Below are positions 29,020 to 39,509 of a DNA stretch of 64,000 nucleotides, piece by piece. The notes beneath the pieces were generated by a model. That model was not told where the DNA came from. It made no database searches and saw only the letters and a list, made by a program, of their open reading frames with translations. The number at the start of each line of letters is the position of its first letter. Position 1 is the stretch's first letter. Made by a program: the position numbers and the translations under genes. Origin of the DNA: an uncultured Parabacteroides sp. (lineage in GTDB: Bacteria; Bacteroidota; Bacteroidia; Bacteroidales; Tannerellaceae); NCBI GenBank assembly GCA_949296075.1, contig CASFNG010000003.1, positions 113,419-177,418 on the forward strand, written 5' to 3'.

Positions 29020-29763
29020 ATGGCAAGACCAACACAGCGACGAATCATTATTGTAGGAGCTACCTCAGGAATCGGCAAAGAGGTGGCGGAGGTTTTCCGG
29101 AAACGTGGGGATGCCTTGGGAATAGCAGGCCGAAGGTTTGAAAGGTTAGAACGTTTCCGCCAACTTGCCCCTGAGCGGATACGGGTCAAGGCGATCGACG
29201 TGACGGCTCCCGACGCGGCAGATAGGCTGCGCGAGCTGATCACCGAGCTTGGCGGGATGGATGTTTTCTTGCTCTGTTCCGGGGTTGGTCACCAGAATCG
29301 CCCTTTGGACCCGCGAATCGAGCAAGAGACCGTGCAGACCAACGCGGAGGGTTTTACCCGTATGGTAACGGCCGCTTATCACTATTTCGCCCAAGCGGGT
29401 GGCGGACATATAGCGGTTGTCAGCTCGATAGCCGGGACGAAAGGTTTAGGGGCGGCTCCTTCCTATTCGGCGACCAAAGGGTTCCAGAATCTATATATAG
29501 AAGCCTTGGCACAACTCTCCCGGATGGAAGGGCGCCGGATCGCCTTTACCGACATACGCCCGGGGTTTGTCCGGACAGATCTGCTGGATGATGGCCGGGA
29601 ATATCCGCTGTTAATGTCGCCCGAATACATCGCCCGGAAGATCGTCCACGCAATCGACCGACGGAAAAGGAAAGTGGTGATTGACTGGCGTTACGCCCTG
29701 TTAGTGTTCTTTTGGCGATTGCTTCCCGGATGGATATGGGAACGGCTTCCCATCCATAATTGA
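29020..29763 (+). CDS. Short-chain dehydrogenase/reductase
   Basis: GATSGIG, YSATK, PGFVRT; start at MARPTQRR. Confidence 0.9.
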   Translation: MARPTQRRIIIVGATSGIGKEVAEVFRKRGDALGIAGRRFERLERFRQLAPERIRVKAIDVTAPDAADRLRELITELGGMDVFLLCSGVGHQNRPLDPRIEQETVQTNAEGFTRMVTAAYHYFAQAGGGHIAVVSSIAGTKGLGAAPSYSATKGFQNLYIEALAQLSRMEGRRIAFTDIRPGFVRTDLLDDGREYPLLMSPEYIARKIVHAIDRRKRKVVIDWRYALLVFFWRLLPGWIWERLPIHN

Positions 29764-29833
29764 GAGAAAATGGCATAAAAGCCCGATGAAGTTCGTACCT
29801 TCGCGAGCGATTTATTTACCTTAATTTGGACAA

Positions 29834-31495
29834 ATGGGATTATTTGTAAAAAAGCCCTTGGCTGATTTGCTGGCCGAGGCGAACGAATCCGGGGAGAAAA
29901 CGTTGAAACGTACCTTGGGACCATTAAGTTTAGTTGCCTTAGGTGTCGGGGTCATCATCGGGGCTGGCCTATTCTCTATTACCGGGACGGTCGCCTCCGG
30001 CTATACAGGCCCCGCCATCACCCTGTCGTTCGCCATCGCCGCGTTAGGTTGTTGCTTCGCGGGATTGTGCTATGCGGAATTCGCCTCCATGATACCGGTG
30101 GCAGGAAGCGCCTACACCTACTCGTATGCCACGATGGGTGAGCTGATCGCTTGGATCATCGGCTGGGATTTGGTGCTGGAGTATTGTGTGGCGGCGACGA
30201 CCGTCAGCATCAGCTGGAGTCGCTATTTGGTCGTTTTCTTAGATGGATTTGGCGTTCATCTGCCACACGCCCTGACCGCCTGCCCGTGGGATGGCGGGAT
30301 CGTGAACATACCAGCCTTCTTGATCGTGGTGTTGATGAGTATCTTGCTGATCCGTGGTACGGAAGGCAGCTCCATTTTCAACGGGATTATCGTATTCCTG
30401 AAGGTTTCGGTGGTATTGGTATTCGTGATCTTGGGGTGGAAGTATATTAACATGGAGAATTACGTGCCATACATCCCCGCGAATACGGGAACGTTGGGAG
30501 AGTTTGGGTTTTCCGGTATCTTACGGGGCGCGGCGATCGTGTTCTTCGCTTTCCTTGGGTTCGATGCGGTGAGCACGACTGCCCAAGAGACTAAGCATCC
30601 CAAACGGGATATGCCGATCGGGATCCTGATGTCGCTGGTCACTTGCACCATCCTTTACATGCTATTCGCTCATGTCATGACGGGAGTGGTCCATTATTCC
30701 GCTTTCTCGGGCTTGAACGGGATCGCTCCGGTGGCCGTGGCTATCGACAATATGGGGCAGGTTGATGCCTCCGGTGCCATTCATCCGGACTATCCTTGGA
30801 TGAACCGGGCGATCGTGCTCGCTATCCTGTTGGGATATTGCTCCGTGATCATGGTGACTTTATTAGGGCAAAGCCGGGTATTCCTGAGCATGAGCCGCGA
30901 CGGGCTTCTCCCTCCTCTTTTCTCTCATATTCATCCGAAATTCCGGACTCCCGCACGCAGCAACTTCCTTTTCATGTTGTTGGTAGGCACTTTGGCGGCG
31001 TTCGTCCCGGCAAGCGTGGCAGGAGAGATGTGCAGTATAGGGACCTTGTTCGCTTTCACGCTGGTTTGCGCAGGAATCCTGATCATCCGTAAGACGATGC
31101 CTGACGCCCCTCGCTCGTTCAAGACACCATTCGTGCCGTTCGTCCCCATCGCCGGTATCATCACCTGTTTGGTCATGATGCTTTTCTTGCCGGCGGATAC
31201 CTGGATCAGGTTGGTGCTATGGATGCTGATCGGACTGGACATTTACGTTTGTTACGGTATCAAACACAGCCGTTTGGAGTACGGGCAAACACATCGATCC
31301 GGTCAAACAGCGTTAGACATGATCGGGATCGCCCTGTCTGTCCTTTGCGTGATCACGGGATTATGGCATCAGCAGACCGTTGGATGGGATGCCAATAAAG
31401 TCTTGCTGTCCATCTCCTTCTTTTTCGCTTTCACGCATTTGGCCTTCTACCTGTACCGGATAGGAAAACAGTTCACGGAGCATTCGAGATCTTGA
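29834..31495 (+). CDS. APC-family amino acid permease
   Basis: IIGAGLF, CYAEFASMIPVAGSAYTY, FFAFLGFD; multiple TM segments. Confidence 0.93.
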   Translation: MGLFVKKPLADLLAEANESGEKTLKRTLGPLSLVALGVGVIIGAGLFSITGTVASGYTGPAITLSFAIAALGCCFAGLCYAEFASMIPVAGSAYTYSYATMGELIAWIIGWDLVLEYCVAATTVSISWSRYLVVFLDGFGVHLPHALTACPWDGGIVNIPAFLIVVLMSILLIRGTEGSSIFNGIIVFLKVSVVLVFVILGWKYINMENYVPYIPANTGTLGEFGFSGILRGAAIVFFAFLGFDAVSTTAQETKHPKRDMPIGILMSLVTCTILYMLFAHVMTGVVHYSAFSGLNGIAPVAVAIDNMGQVDASGAIHPDYPWMNRAIVLAILLGYCSVIMVTLLGQSRVFLSMSRDGLLPPLFSHIHPKFRTPARSNFLFMLLVGTLAAFVPASVAGEMCSIGTLFAFTLVCAGILIIRKTMPDAPRSFKTPFVPFVPIAGIITCLVMMLFLPADTWIRLVLWMLIGLDIYVCYGIKHSRLEYGQTHRSGQTALDMIGIALSVLCVITGLWHQQTVGWDANKVLLSISFFFAFTHLAFYLYRIGKQFTEHSRS

Positions 31496-31503
31496 GAGGG
31501 ACG

Positions 31504-31535
31504 GGATCGCCTCTCCTCATGGGGAGTGGCGATCC
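31504..31535. terminator. GC-rich hairpin between the convergent permease and gtrA genes
   Basis: GGATCGCC-TCTCC...GGGGA-GT-GGCGATCC; no U tract. Confidence 0.5.
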
Positions 31536-31559
31536 GCTCCGGCTTATCCCGGATAGAAC

Positions 31560-31943
31560 TCACTTGTCACGGAAGGTGATCTTCTTGTTCATCAGGAAGT
31601 TGACCGCTCCATAGACGAATAATCCAAGGAATTGCCCGAGGTATTCATCCACGTGGATAACTTCCACTAATAGCAGCAAAAACAGGACTTGGGTAGCGTA
31701 CGCACAACCAAAAGCGATCAGGAACAATGGTATCTCCCGCCAGTATTTCCCATTCCGGGAGGAGAACACCCAATATTTGCTCCAGATAAAATTGTTCATC
31801 AGGGCGGCCACATACCCCGCCATGTTCGACCACAAATAATTGCAATGCAAGATATCCATCAATATCCAGATCACCGAAGCCGTGATCAACGCATTGGATG
31901 AGCCGACAATGACGAAGCGAAGAACGCGAACGGATTCCTTCAT
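31560..31943 (-). CDS. GtrA family membrane protein
   Basis: RFVIVG...NNFIWSKYWVF...NFLMNKKITF; upstream TATATTTG at 31969-31976. Confidence 0.88.
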   Translation of the reverse strand: MKESVRVLRFVIVGSSNALITASVIWILMDILHCNYLWSNMAGYVAALMNNFIWSKYWVFSSRNGKYWREIPLFLIAFGCAYATQVLFLLLLVEVIHVDEYLGQFLGLFVYGAVNFLMNKKITFRDK

Positions 31944-32163
31944 GTTATTTAGGTTGCGTTTTGAACGACAAATATACGGCTTATTTCGCATATTTAACAC
32001 GATTTTGTATAAATAACGGAGGCTAAAACACGGATCTCCTACATCAGAAAGAACCGTAAAAAAAACGTAAAAACGCGGATAGAGGGCTTGCATGAACCAC
32101 ATCTCTCCTATATTTGTACACGTATTTTTGACAACAAAACTGGATTATTTAAACAAGACGACC

Positions 32164-32439
32164 ATGATTAGATTAAATGTTTTCATCCAAGTGAGCGCGG
32201 AGCATCGTTCCGCCGCCTTGGAAATCGCAAAAGAATTGGTGGAGAAATCCTTGAAAGACAAAGGTTGTGTAGCGTACGACATATTCGAGAGCGCCACTCG
32301 CGAGGATGTGTTGATGATTTGCGAGACATGGAAAGACGCTGAGTCGCTGTCGGCTCACGAGAAGGCGGAGCATTTCGTGACATTAGTCCCGAAATTGCAG
32401 GCGCTTGGAGCGATGAAGTTGGAGAAATTCAATTTCTGA
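32164..32439 (+). CDS. Antibiotic biosynthesis monooxygenase (ABM) family protein
   Basis: GCVAYDIF...ICETWKDAESLSAH...HF; upstream TATATTTG at 32109-32116. Confidence 0.85.
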   Translation: MIRLNVFIQVSAEHRSAALEIAKELVEKSLKDKGCVAYDIFESATREDVLMICETWKDAESLSAHEKAEHFVTLVPKLQALGAMKLEKFNF

Positions 32440-32467
32440 TCCCGCGGTATTCCTCTTGAGGTTTTAG

Positions 32468-32511
32468 AAAAGGCACGGTCATGGTTCCCGAAAATCATGA
32501 CCGTGTTTTTT
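32468..32511 (+). terminator. Intrinsic terminator
   Basis: GCACGGTCATGG...TCATGACCGTGT followed by T tract. Confidence 0.85.
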
Positions 32512-32634
32512 ATGCCGTTGCCGATCTTTTCGCCACCTTTCAAGATAAATATCCGTAATCAAGGTAGTTTCATCCTCTATAAAGGTAATAGTAATCAAGA
32601 TAATAGCCCCTATTTTCGCGATAAACAATTAACC

Positions 32635-33696
32635 ATGAACATAAGGACAATCGTAGCGGCAAGTTTGCTGGCCATTGGCACGGCATCTTTCGCCCAAAAT
32701 GGAGGACAAGAGATGAAATTCAAGGAAGAGAAATTAAACTTGACACAGGGATGGGACAAGGTGTTCCCTAAGAGCGACAAAGTGAATCACAGTAAAATCA
32801 CGTTCCACAACCGGTATGGCATCACGCTGGCGGCGGATCTGTATATCCCCAAAACAGCGGAAGGCAAGCTGCCTGCCATAGCGGTTTGCGGCCCTTTCGG
32901 AGCCGTGAAGGAGCAGGTGTCGGGCTTGTATGCCCAACAGCTCGCGGAGCGCGGATTCCTTACCATCGCGTTCGATCCCTCATTCACGGGGGAGAGCGGC
33001 GGGCAGCCTCGCTATGTGGCTTCGCCTGACATCAACACAGAGGATTTTTGCGCGGCCGTGGACTATCTCTCTACCCGGGCTGACGTGGATCCGGAGCGGA
33101 TCGGTATCTTGGGGATCTGCGGCTGGGGCGGCATGGCGGTAAATGCCGCGGCGATCGACACACGTATCAAGGCGACAGTAGCGTCTACCATGTACGATAT
33201 GTGCCGGGTGACCGCCAAGGGATACTTTGACGAGGCTGACAACGCCGATTCGCGATATGCGATGCGTCAGGCATTGAATGCCCAGCGCACGGAAGATTAC
33301 CGCGACGGAACTTACGCACAGGCAGGAGGTGTCCCCGCCACCTTACCCGACGACGCCCCACAGTTCATGAAAGACTACAACGCTTATTACAAGACCCCGA
33401 GAGGGTATCACAAGCGCTCGCTTGGCTCTAACGGAGGATGGAACAAGACCTCTTCTCTCTCGCTCTTGAACATGCCGATCTTGTCGTATGCCGACGAGAT
33501 CCGTAGCGCCGTGCTGCTGGTACATGGCGAGAAAGCGCATTCGCGTTATTTCAGCGAGGATACCTATAAACGGCTGAAGGGCGACAACAAGGAGCTGCTG
33601 ATCGTTCCGGGAGCCAGCCATACGGATCTGTACGATAACTTCGGGAAGATCCCGTTCGACAAGATAGAGGCGTTCTATCTGAAATACCTGCGATGA
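32635..33696 (+). CDS. Exported alpha/beta hydrolase (X-Pro peptidase S15/YcjY-like, Cys nucleophile)
   Basis: Signal peptide; GPFGAVKEQ, GICGWGG nucleophile elbow, SHTDLYD. Confidence 0.86.
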   Translation: MNIRTIVAASLLAIGTASFAQNGGQEMKFKEEKLNLTQGWDKVFPKSDKVNHSKITFHNRYGITLAADLYIPKTAEGKLPAIAVCGPFGAVKEQVSGLYAQQLAERGFLTIAFDPSFTGESGGQPRYVASPDINTEDFCAAVDYLSTRADVDPERIGILGICGWGGMAVNAAAIDTRIKATVASTMYDMCRVTAKGYFDEADNADSRYAMRQALNAQRTEDYRDGTYAQAGGVPATLPDDAPQFMKDYNAYYKTPRGYHKRSLGSNGGWNKTSSLSLLNMPILSYADEIRSAVLLVHGEKAHSRYFSEDTYKRLKGDNKELLIVPGASHTDLYDNFGKIPFDKIEAFYLKYLR

Positions 33697-33713
33697 TCCG
33701 CTGATAGGATTTC

Positions 33714-33746
33714 CCGGGTCGGGCGAAGTGAGCCTGCCCGACCCGG
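33714..33746 (+). terminator. Hairpin downstream of the hydrolase gene
   Basis: CCGGGTCGGGC...GCCCGACCCGG, 11 bp perfect stem; no U tract. Confidence 0.5.
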
Positions 33747-33865
33747 AAGAGTATCTCCCCCTGTCATGAGAAAACCAAGGCCTATCCCGCAAAAGGTCTC
33801 CTTCGCTTATAGGAGATTTTCCCCGATCTATTTCATTATTCTAATATATTCCTTACATTCGCGAC

Positions 33866-34044
33866 GCTTAGGTGATAAGGTTGTTATCCAACTGCCTTAT
33901 AAAAGGGAATCCGGTGCGAATCCGGAACAGTGCCCGCTACTGTGAAGCTCGTTTACGGAGAAAGCGTTATTAACCCCAAGCCACTGTCCATTACTAACGG
34001 ATGGGAAGGTCGCTTTCCGAGCCAGTCAGGAAACCTGCCAAGCA
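33866..34044 (+). ncRNA. Cobalamin riboswitch
   Basis: AAGGGAATCCGGTGCGAATCCGGAACAGTGCCCGCTACTGT, GCCACTG...GGGAAGG and AGTCAGGAAACCTGCC, upstream of the cbi operon. Confidence 0.95.
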
Positions 34045-34175
34045 CGACGAGGACCGATCTTTCCCGGGTCAGGAAGAGTCGGCGAACAAGAAATATCCCG
34101 TAAAAGCGCCTTGGCCGGAATAACGGGCGATAAGTCGCAAGGGAAATCGCATACGCCAATTTAAACGATCATTAC

Positions 34176-35099
34176 ATGATACTGAAAAGAATCGTATTGC
34201 TCCTCGTGTTGTTGTCGGTCGGATTGTCTGGCCGGGCGCACGATAGCGGAAATTTCGTGGCCTCGGATCTCTTCGCCTCCATGCGGTCGGGCGACAAGGC
34301 TGCCTTGCTGATGGTCTATTTCGGGACGACACATGATGACACCCGTGCCCGGACAATCGACGCGCTCAACGAACGGGTGAGAAAGGAGTTCAAAGACCTT
34401 GAGGTACGGGAAGCATGGACCTCAAGGATCGTGATCCGTCGCATAAAGGCACAAGGCGTGGAGCGGATAGATCCTGCCTGGGCGCTGGATCAGCTGGAGA
34501 AAGAGGGCTACACGCACGTCGTGGTCCAGCCGACGAACCTGATCGAAGGCGTGGAGATGGAGGCGCTGCGCAGGGAAGTGAGGGCGATGCAGGATCGTTT
34601 CAAGGATCTACGCCTTGGTAATCCCCTACTCTACGCTCCTGAGGATTACGAGGCGGTGATCGACGCTATCGTCCGGAACGGTGTGAAGGATGGCGCCACG
34701 GTATGGGTCGGACATGGTACCTATACCCCTACCACCGCGCAATATGCCATGCTGGACTATATGCTGGAGGAGAAAGGGTTCATGAACCATTTTGTGGGAA
34801 CGATCGAAGGGTATCCTACGTTTGATACGATGGAGAGGCGGTTGAGGGCGAGCGGTGAGAGAAAAGTCTTGCTGATGCCTTTCATGTTCGTGGCAGGAGA
34901 CCATGCGAAAAACGACATCGCCGGAGAATGGAAAGAGGAGTTGGAGAAACGGGGATACCAAGTTCACGTATTCATGGAGGGATTAGGGCAAAACCCGGAT
35001 ATACAGCGTATCTTCATCGAGCACATCCGTTTCACGATCGCCCATAAACCGATCGATATACTGGATAAGAAAAAAGAGTATGCGGCGAAAAAGGACTAA
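34176..35099 (+). CDS. cbiK: Sirohydrochlorin cobaltochelatase with signal peptide
   Basis: VYFGTT, EAWTSRIV, GHGT, PFMFVAGDHAKND. Confidence 0.92.
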   Translation: MILKRIVLLLVLLSVGLSGRAHDSGNFVASDLFASMRSGDKAALLMVYFGTTHDDTRARTIDALNERVRKEFKDLEVREAWTSRIVIRRIKAQGVERIDPAWALDQLEKEGYTHVVVQPTNLIEGVEMEALRREVRAMQDRFKDLRLGNPLLYAPEDYEAVIDAIVRNGVKDGATVWVGHGTYTPTTAQYAMLDYMLEEKGFMNHFVGTIEGYPTFDTMERRLRASGERKVLLMPFMFVAGDHAKNDIAGEWKEELEKRGYQVHVFMEGLGQNPDIQRIFIEHIRFTIAHKPIDILDKKKEYAAKKD

Positions 35100-35122
35100 A
35101 GAGAAATAAAGCGAGATTATAT

Positions 35123-36535
35123 ATGAATAAAGGGAAAATCATTGTCGCCGGGATTGGCCCCGGCAGTGAGATGGACATGACGCCGGCGGTAGCAGACGCG
35201 ATACGGCGGTCGGATGTCGTGATCGGCTACAATTACTATTTCCGTTTTATAACCCATCTGCTCCGTGAAGGGACGGAATGTATCGATACCGGAATGAAAC
35301 GCGAGCAGGCACGCGCGGAACAGGCTTTCACTTATGCGGACGAGGGAAAGACCGTCTGCGTGATCAGTTCGGGCGACGCGGGGATCTATGGGATGACTCC
35401 GCTGATCTATGAGATGCGGGAAAAGACGGGAAGCGAGATAGAGATCGAGACCTTGCCGGGGATCAGCGCGTTCCAGAAGGCCGCTTCTCTATTGGGTGCC
35501 CCCATCGGACATGATTTCTGCGTGATCTCGCTTTCTGACCTGATGACGCCTTGGAGCGTGATCGAGAAACGGATTCATGCGGCGGCCGGGGCCGATTTCG
35601 TGACGGCGGTCTATAATCCGAGAAGCGAAGGGCGTTATTGGCAATTGTATCGCTTGAAGGAGTTATTCCTGCAAGAGCGGGATCCGAATACGCCAGTCGG
35701 TTACGTCCGCCAAGCGGGACGGGAAGAGCAAACGGTCTCCCGCACTACACTCGCGGCGCTCGATCCGGAGCAGATAGATATGTTCACGGTATTACTGATC
35801 GGGAACTCCCAGACATATCTGGATAGAGACCAAATAATCACCCCCCGGGGCTATTATGGGGAGATGAGAGAGGAAACATCAGATCATGGAATCGGACAGG
35901 ATATCATGATCCGCAGTTTCCGTACAATCGAGAAAGAATTGAGGCACCCGGATATACCGTTAGATAAGAAATGGGCGCTTCTTCACGCGATCCATACGAC
36001 CGCAGATTTTGAGATGGAGAATCTGCTCTATTCGGATCCGGGGGCGGTTTCTTCTTTATACGACCGTTTCCGTAACGGAGAGATACGGACTATTGTCACG
36101 GATGTTACGATGGCGGCGGCCGGCATACGCAAAGGTGCATTGGAACGCTTGGGTGTAGAGGTGAAATGCTATCTGCCGGACGAGCGGGTCAAGACGATCG
36201 CCTCTCAAAAAGGGATTACACGTACGCAAGTAGGTATCCGTCTGGCCGTGGAAGAGCATCCCGATGCCCTATTCGTGTTCGGGAACGCTCCGACCGCCTT
36301 GATGGAACTTTGTGATTTGGTGCGGAAAGGAAAAGCGCGACCGGCGGGAATCATTGCCGCTCCGGTCGGATTCGTGCACGTACAGGAATCCAAGCACATG
36401 GCAAAACCGTTCGTCCATATCCCGAAACTGATCGTGGAAGGGCGTAAAGGGGGAAGCAATCTGGCGGCGACGTTGGTGAACGCTATCCTTTGTTTCAATG
36501 ACGCTGAGCAACTTAAACCGGGTAGAGACGTATGA
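35123..36535 (+). CDS. cbiH: Cobalt-precorrin-3B C17-methyltransferase/precorrin-8X methylmutase fusion (CbiH-CbiC)
   Basis: GIGPG, SSGDAGIYGM, ISLSDLMTPW; C-terminal GNAPTAL, PVGFV, GRKGGS. Confidence 0.92.
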   Translation: MNKGKIIVAGIGPGSEMDMTPAVADAIRRSDVVIGYNYYFRFITHLLREGTECIDTGMKREQARAEQAFTYADEGKTVCVISSGDAGIYGMTPLIYEMREKTGSEIEIETLPGISAFQKAASLLGAPIGHDFCVISLSDLMTPWSVIEKRIHAAAGADFVTAVYNPRSEGRYWQLYRLKELFLQERDPNTPVGYVRQAGREEQTVSRTTLAALDPEQIDMFTVLLIGNSQTYLDRDQIITPRGYYGEMREETSDHGIGQDIMIRSFRTIEKELRHPDIPLDKKWALLHAIHTTADFEMENLLYSDPGAVSSLYDRFRNGEIRTIVTDVTMAAAGIRKGALERLGVEVKCYLPDERVKTIASQKGITRTQVGIRLAVEEHPDALFVFGNAPTALMELCDLVRKGKARPAGIIAAPVGFVHVQESKHMAKPFVHIPKLIVEGRKGGSNLAATLVNAILCFNDAEQLKPGRDV

Positions 36536-37731
36536 ATCGGTTTTATGTCATAGGATTGACGGATAATGTCCGTCACGAATTCTCGCCCGAGGTGTTAGAG
36601 ATCATATCTTCTCACCGTATATTCTCCGGAGGGATCCGGCATCATGAGATCGTTCGCCCATTATTGCCCGAAAAGTCGGAATGGATAGACATCAAGGTAC
36701 CGCTGAAGCAGGTGTTCGACCGGTATCGCTTGTTCGACGGACAGGAGAGTATCGTGGTATTCGCTTCCGGAGACCCGCTGTTTTTCGGATTCGCGACGAC
36801 GATCCGCAAATGGTTGCCCGACGCGCTCATTCAGGTATTCCCGACATTCAATTCCCTGCAAATTCTGGCACATAATTTGTTGATGCCTTATCATGATATG
36901 CGGGTCGTATCCCTGACCGGACGCCCTTGGCACGAGTTTGACAAGGCGCTGATAGAAGGTTCGGCAAAGATCGGCGTGTTAACGGATCGGGAACATACGC
37001 CAACCGCTATCGCCCGTAGGATGCATGATTATGGGTACGATAATTACACCCTATTTGTGGGTGAGCGCTTAGGTAATCCGGAAGCGCAAAATATCCGGCA
37101 GTTCGATGTCCTGAAGGCTTCGATGTGCCAATTCGAGCATCCCAACTGCCTGATCCTTGAAAAAGTGCGGGAAGGGCATATCCGGAAGTTCGGCATCCTG
37201 GACTCGGAGTTCGCGTTGTTGAACGGACGGGAGAAGATGATTACTAAAATGCCGATCCGTCTATTGGCACTTAGCCTGCTCGATTTAAGGGATAGGGAGC
37301 GATTCTGGGATATTGGTTTCTGTACCGGTTCTGTCTCTATCGAGGCGAAATTACAGTTTCCTCATTTGCATATCACAAGTTTTGAGATCAGGCAGGAAGG
37401 AAAGGAGCTGATGGAAGAGAATTGCCGCCGCTTCGGGACTCCCGGAATAACTGTCAGGATCGGGGACTTCCTGTCAGCCGATTTATCCGAATTAGATCCA
37501 CCCGACGCCGTTTTTATCGGAGGGCATGGCGGACGACTGAAGGAGATCATCGCTCGTGTGCGCTCCGTATTGCGGGATGGCGGCGTGGTTGTCTTTAATT
37601 CGGTATCGGAAGAGAGCCGGATGATGTTCGAGGAGGCGGCCAATCAATCAGGTTTACGAATCACCTGCCGGTCAGAGATAACGATCGACAGCTTCAATAA
37701 GATCACAATGATTAAAGCAGAAAAAGAATGA
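36532..37731 (+). CDS. cbiET: CbiE-CbiT bifunctional methyltransferase/decarboxylase
   Basis: ASGDPLFFG; WDIGFCTGSVSIE; VFIGG. Confidence 0.92.
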   Translation: MNRFYVIGLTDNVRHEFSPEVLEIISSHRIFSGGIRHHEIVRPLLPEKSEWIDIKVPLKQVFDRYRLFDGQESIVVFASGDPLFFGFATTIRKWLPDALIQVFPTFNSLQILAHNLLMPYHDMRVVSLTGRPWHEFDKALIEGSAKIGVLTDREHTPTAIARRMHDYGYDNYTLFVGERLGNPEAQNIRQFDVLKASMCQFEHPNCLILEKVREGHIRKFGILDSEFALLNGREKMITKMPIRLLALSLLDLRDRERFWDIGFCTGSVSIEAKLQFPHLHITSFEIRQEGKELMEENCRRFGTPGITVRIGDFLSADLSELDPPDAVFIGGHGGRLKEIIARVRSVLRDGGVVVFNSVSEESRMMFEEAANQSGLRITCRSEITIDSFNKITMIKAEKE

Positions 37732-39509
37732 GACAGATAACACTTATACCCATATCGGAGAACGGACGGATCGTGGCTGAGCGTATCCATGCTTTTTTCC
37801 CCGAGGCGCAGACCCTGCCATTAGGGGCTTTCTCCGAGAAGGTCTTCCGGACTTCCCCAAACGTGGTATTCATTGGGGCGATGGGAATCTGTGTCCGGAG
37901 CATCGCACCGTACGCCAAAGATAAACACACGGATCCGGCGGTGGTTTGTATAGACAGTACCGGGAAATACGTGATCCCTGTTTTGTCAGGCCATATAGGA
38001 GGAGCGAACGATCTCTCCAAGGAATTGGCGAATCTATTGGGAGCCGAGGCGATTATTACCACACAAAGTGACAATATGAATCTCTGGGCGTTAGATACGC
38101 TGGGAAAGAAATACGATTGGACGATGGTCGCCTCGGATAGCAATGGCGCCATCTTCTCTTTTGTCAATGAACGCCCAACGGCTTTGTTGCTGGATATTCG
38201 CGATAAAGGGACAGATTTTCTGGAAAGGACAGCGCCTTCCCATGTGTCTATCTTCCATTCGTTCGAGAAAATACGGCAAGAGGAATATGAATTATTGATT
38301 ATCGTCAGTCCAAGGTGCTACGATACACGGATCAATACGATCACCTATATCCCGAAAGTGCTGCATTTAGGGGTTGGTTGCAGGAAAGATATGCAAGGCG
38401 ACGCCAAGGTAATGTACGGGCATATCCAAAAGGTATTGCGTGAAAATCGTTTATATCCGGAGGCTATACGGGACGTGAATTCCATTGACTTGAAGAAATG
38501 TGAGCCCGTATTGAACCTGCTGGCATTCGGGGTTATGGAATGTCCGTTCCAGACCTATACGGCGGAAAAACTGGAAGCCATCTCCGTTCCTAATCCTTCC
38601 GACAAGGTTAAGGAGGTAACTCAATCACCCAGCGTATCAGAGGCGGCGGCCATTTATGCCTCTCAAGGCGGTCCTTTACTGATCGAGAAGCAGAAAGCCA
38701 ACTTAGGCCCCGGGAACGAATATACGTTTGCTGTAGCGATGGAGCGATCCGCTTGCCGAGGAGGTCATATCGAGATCGTGGGAGCGGGACCCGGAGATCC
38801 TGAATTGATCTCCATTCGCGGGCGGTATATGCTGGAGAAAGCAGACTTGATCTTATATGCAGGCAGCTTGGTTCCCAAGGAACTAACCTTATGTGCCAAG
38901 AGCGGCGCGACAGTTCGCAGCTCCGCTGATATGAATCTGGAAGAACAGTTTGCCTTGATGAAAGAATTCTACGACAGGGGGATGTTTATCGTCCGCCTAC
39001 ATACCGGAGATCCTTGCATTTATGGAGCGATCCAGGAGCAGATGAATTATTTCGATCAATATGGTATGGATTACCATATCACCCCAGGAATATCCTCTTT
39101 CCAGGCGGCAGCAGCCGCACTCCGCTCCCAGTTCACGATCCCCGAGAAGGTACAGACCATCATCCTCACGCGAGGAGAAGGGAGAACCCCCATGCCGGAA
39201 AAAGAACAACTTCACAAATTAGCCCAAAGCCAAAGCACGATGTGTATCTTCTTGAGCGCGAATATAGTAGATAAAGTCCAAGAGGAGCTGTTGCAACATT
39301 ACGCTCCTACCACTCCCGTAGCGGCTTGTTATAAATTAACCTGGAAAGACGAACGGATATACCGGGGGCAATTAAAGGATCTTGCCAAGATGGTAAAGGA
39401 GAATCACCTTACGCTAACGACCTTATTGGTCGTCGGGGATGCTATCGATAATCGCCAAGGACTGTCACGTCTGTACGCGGATGAATTCAAACATCTTTTC
39501 CGAAAATAA
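37728..39509 (+). CDS. cbiGF: CbiG-CbiF (CobM) fusion
   Basis: DKHTDPAVV, SGHIGGAN, SVSEAAA; VGAGPGDPEL, RLHTGDP. Confidence 0.92.
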   Translation: MRQITLIPISENGRIVAERIHAFFPEAQTLPLGAFSEKVFRTSPNVVFIGAMGICVRSIAPYAKDKHTDPAVVCIDSTGKYVIPVLSGHIGGANDLSKELANLLGAEAIITTQSDNMNLWALDTLGKKYDWTMVASDSNGAIFSFVNERPTALLLDIRDKGTDFLERTAPSHVSIFHSFEKIRQEEYELLIIVSPRCYDTRINTITYIPKVLHLGVGCRKDMQGDAKVMYGHIQKVLRENRLYPEAIRDVNSIDLKKCEPVLNLLAFGVMECPFQTYTAEKLEAISVPNPSDKVKEVTQSPSVSEAAAIYASQGGPLLIEKQKANLGPGNEYTFAVAMERSACRGGHIEIVGAGPGDPELISIRGRYMLEKADLILYAGSLVPKELTLCAKSGATVRSSADMNLEEQFALMKEFYDRGMFIVRLHTGDPCIYGAIQEQMNYFDQYGMDYHITPGISSFQAAAAALRSQFTIPEKVQTIILTRGEGRTPMPEKEQLHKLAQSQSTMCIFLSANIVDKVQEELLQHYAPTTPVAACYKLTWKDERIYRGQLKDLAKMVKENHLTLTTLLVVGDAIDNRQGLSRLYADEFKHLFRK

